A stretch of 64,000 nt of DNA from Camelus dromedarius. Lineage: Eukaryota. The notes beneath the pieces are model-generated. The model saw nothing but the letters and a program-made list of their open reading frames with translations. It had not been told where the DNA came from and made no database searches. The position numbers and the translations under genes are program-made. The stretch covers positions 49,354,001 through 49,418,000 of the forward strand of contig NC_087436.1 of the NCBI RefSeq assembly GCF_036321535.1, written 5' to 3'. Below are positions 62,833 through 64,000 of the stretch, piece after piece (position 1 is the stretch's first letter; each line of letters opens with the position of its first letter).

Positions 62833-64000
62833 AGGGACATTATTGAGTTGGTTAAATCTTTAAATGGGCAGGGAAGATAAAAATGAAGCAGAACCTTCTT
62901 CTGACGAGCACTCTTTGCCTCCTCTAGGTAGTTCTATCTTCCCTAGGTTGACAGGATGGGATTTTCTTCTGCCAGATCCCCATTTATTCTCTCTCCCACC
63001 CCCACAAGAGCGTAATAACACACCAAAACCATCACATTCCAGGTGCTCAGTCTTAACTGAAGTCTGCAGGATGTACAGTCTTTGGGGGGACCAAGCACGA
63101 CAAGAGGCTGTTGGCACTTCAGCGGCGACAATGCCTATAGATGGAAATGGAAAAGAAGGTCTGCATGATCTCTGGGGCTTTGCAGACTTGTGACTGTGTA
63201 ATAACAAGATTACTCCTCCCAACTGCACCCCTCCCTGCAGGACCCACTGTCCCTGCAGGTACTGCTAGATGGCCCAGGTATAGCAAAGAAACTGACTTGT
63301 TAACCATGGACAGCACTCTGCTCCCTAACACATGGGCTTCTGGTTTGGTAATCTCACTGGCTGCTGAATTTTCTCAGTGGAATCACTTTTCTTCGGATGG
63401 AAGTTAAAAAACTCCTTTGGGACAGAAGAGTTGCTTCTTGTTTGATGTCAGAGAGGAAAAAGGACTCCCTCTCCCTCAAGTGGAGAAAGACCATGACACA
63501 CACCCTGGGACTCTATCGCCCCCTCCCAGACCTACAAGACAGCTCGAGGTTTTATTGTTCATCACTTCATCCTCAGTGTTGTATAGATCACAATATCACC
63601 TTGACAGAAGCCCTGAAGGTGTTTAAAGTTACCAAGGGTAGATGATTTTATCAAGCTGGAACCTAACCATGGCCCTCTTGGCTATACAGCAGAATTTTGT
63701 TCAAGGGGTTTTAGTTTTATTGCTGAAGTGATGTTGCATGAAGATATCAACTTTTAAGTAATACTCCATTCATCTTTTAAATTTAGCTCAAGACCAGTAG
63801 ATGTTCAAAATGAGGCATAGAGCTAAAGTCTTTATTTCTAGGAGAGTGGCTACAGATGCTAATTGAAATTTATGGAGAAAGACAATGGCCCGTGGCAAAC
63901 TAAGCAGAGCATTTGGGAGGCCACTGGTATTCTGGGAGGATGCGTCCTAATTAAGCTGTACACCTCCCTCTGCTACTCTCAAGACCCAGTGCTGTTGTTT

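Noticed and set aside
1..64000. TET2 coding exons, CRISPR arrays, rRNA, prokaryote-type systems
   Set aside because: None seen. The sequence is mammalian, and the TET2 CDS lies beyond position 1 on the minus strand.

Overview
Mammalian genomic DNA, almost certainly from a camelid: it has six copies of a tRNA-derived Vic-1-type SINE and cetartiodactyl-type L1 3' ends, and no ruminant or pig SINEs were seen. A CpG island at ~10.4-12.7 kb is the promoter of TET2 on the minus strand. Non-coding exon 1 (~11782->11489, donor GAG|GTCAGA) and an upstream alternative first exon (~12579->12402) match the human TET2 5'UTRs as I recall them. Positions 1-11488 are the start of intron 1, and no TET2 coding exon is in the window. 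Positions 12.7-64 kb are upstream intergenic DNA, TE-poor to ~20 kb and then dense in nested retroelements. These include an old MaLR provirus carrying ERV1-type solo LTRs (24.6-29.4 kb) and an L2 split by MaLR LTRs and a decayed ERV-L provirus with a readable RT YIDD motif (51.5-60.5 kb). I find no protein-coding gene and no clearly new biological system. The best leads are regulatory: three uORFs chained by TGATG stop-start overlaps in TET2 exon 1, a candidate 124-nt cassette exon with a strong-Kozak Met-Gly-stop micro-uORF, and a CpG-retaining NF-kB/AP-1/FOX motif cluster ~49 kb upstream. Gene and repeat-family names come from memory of consensus sequences, not from database searches.
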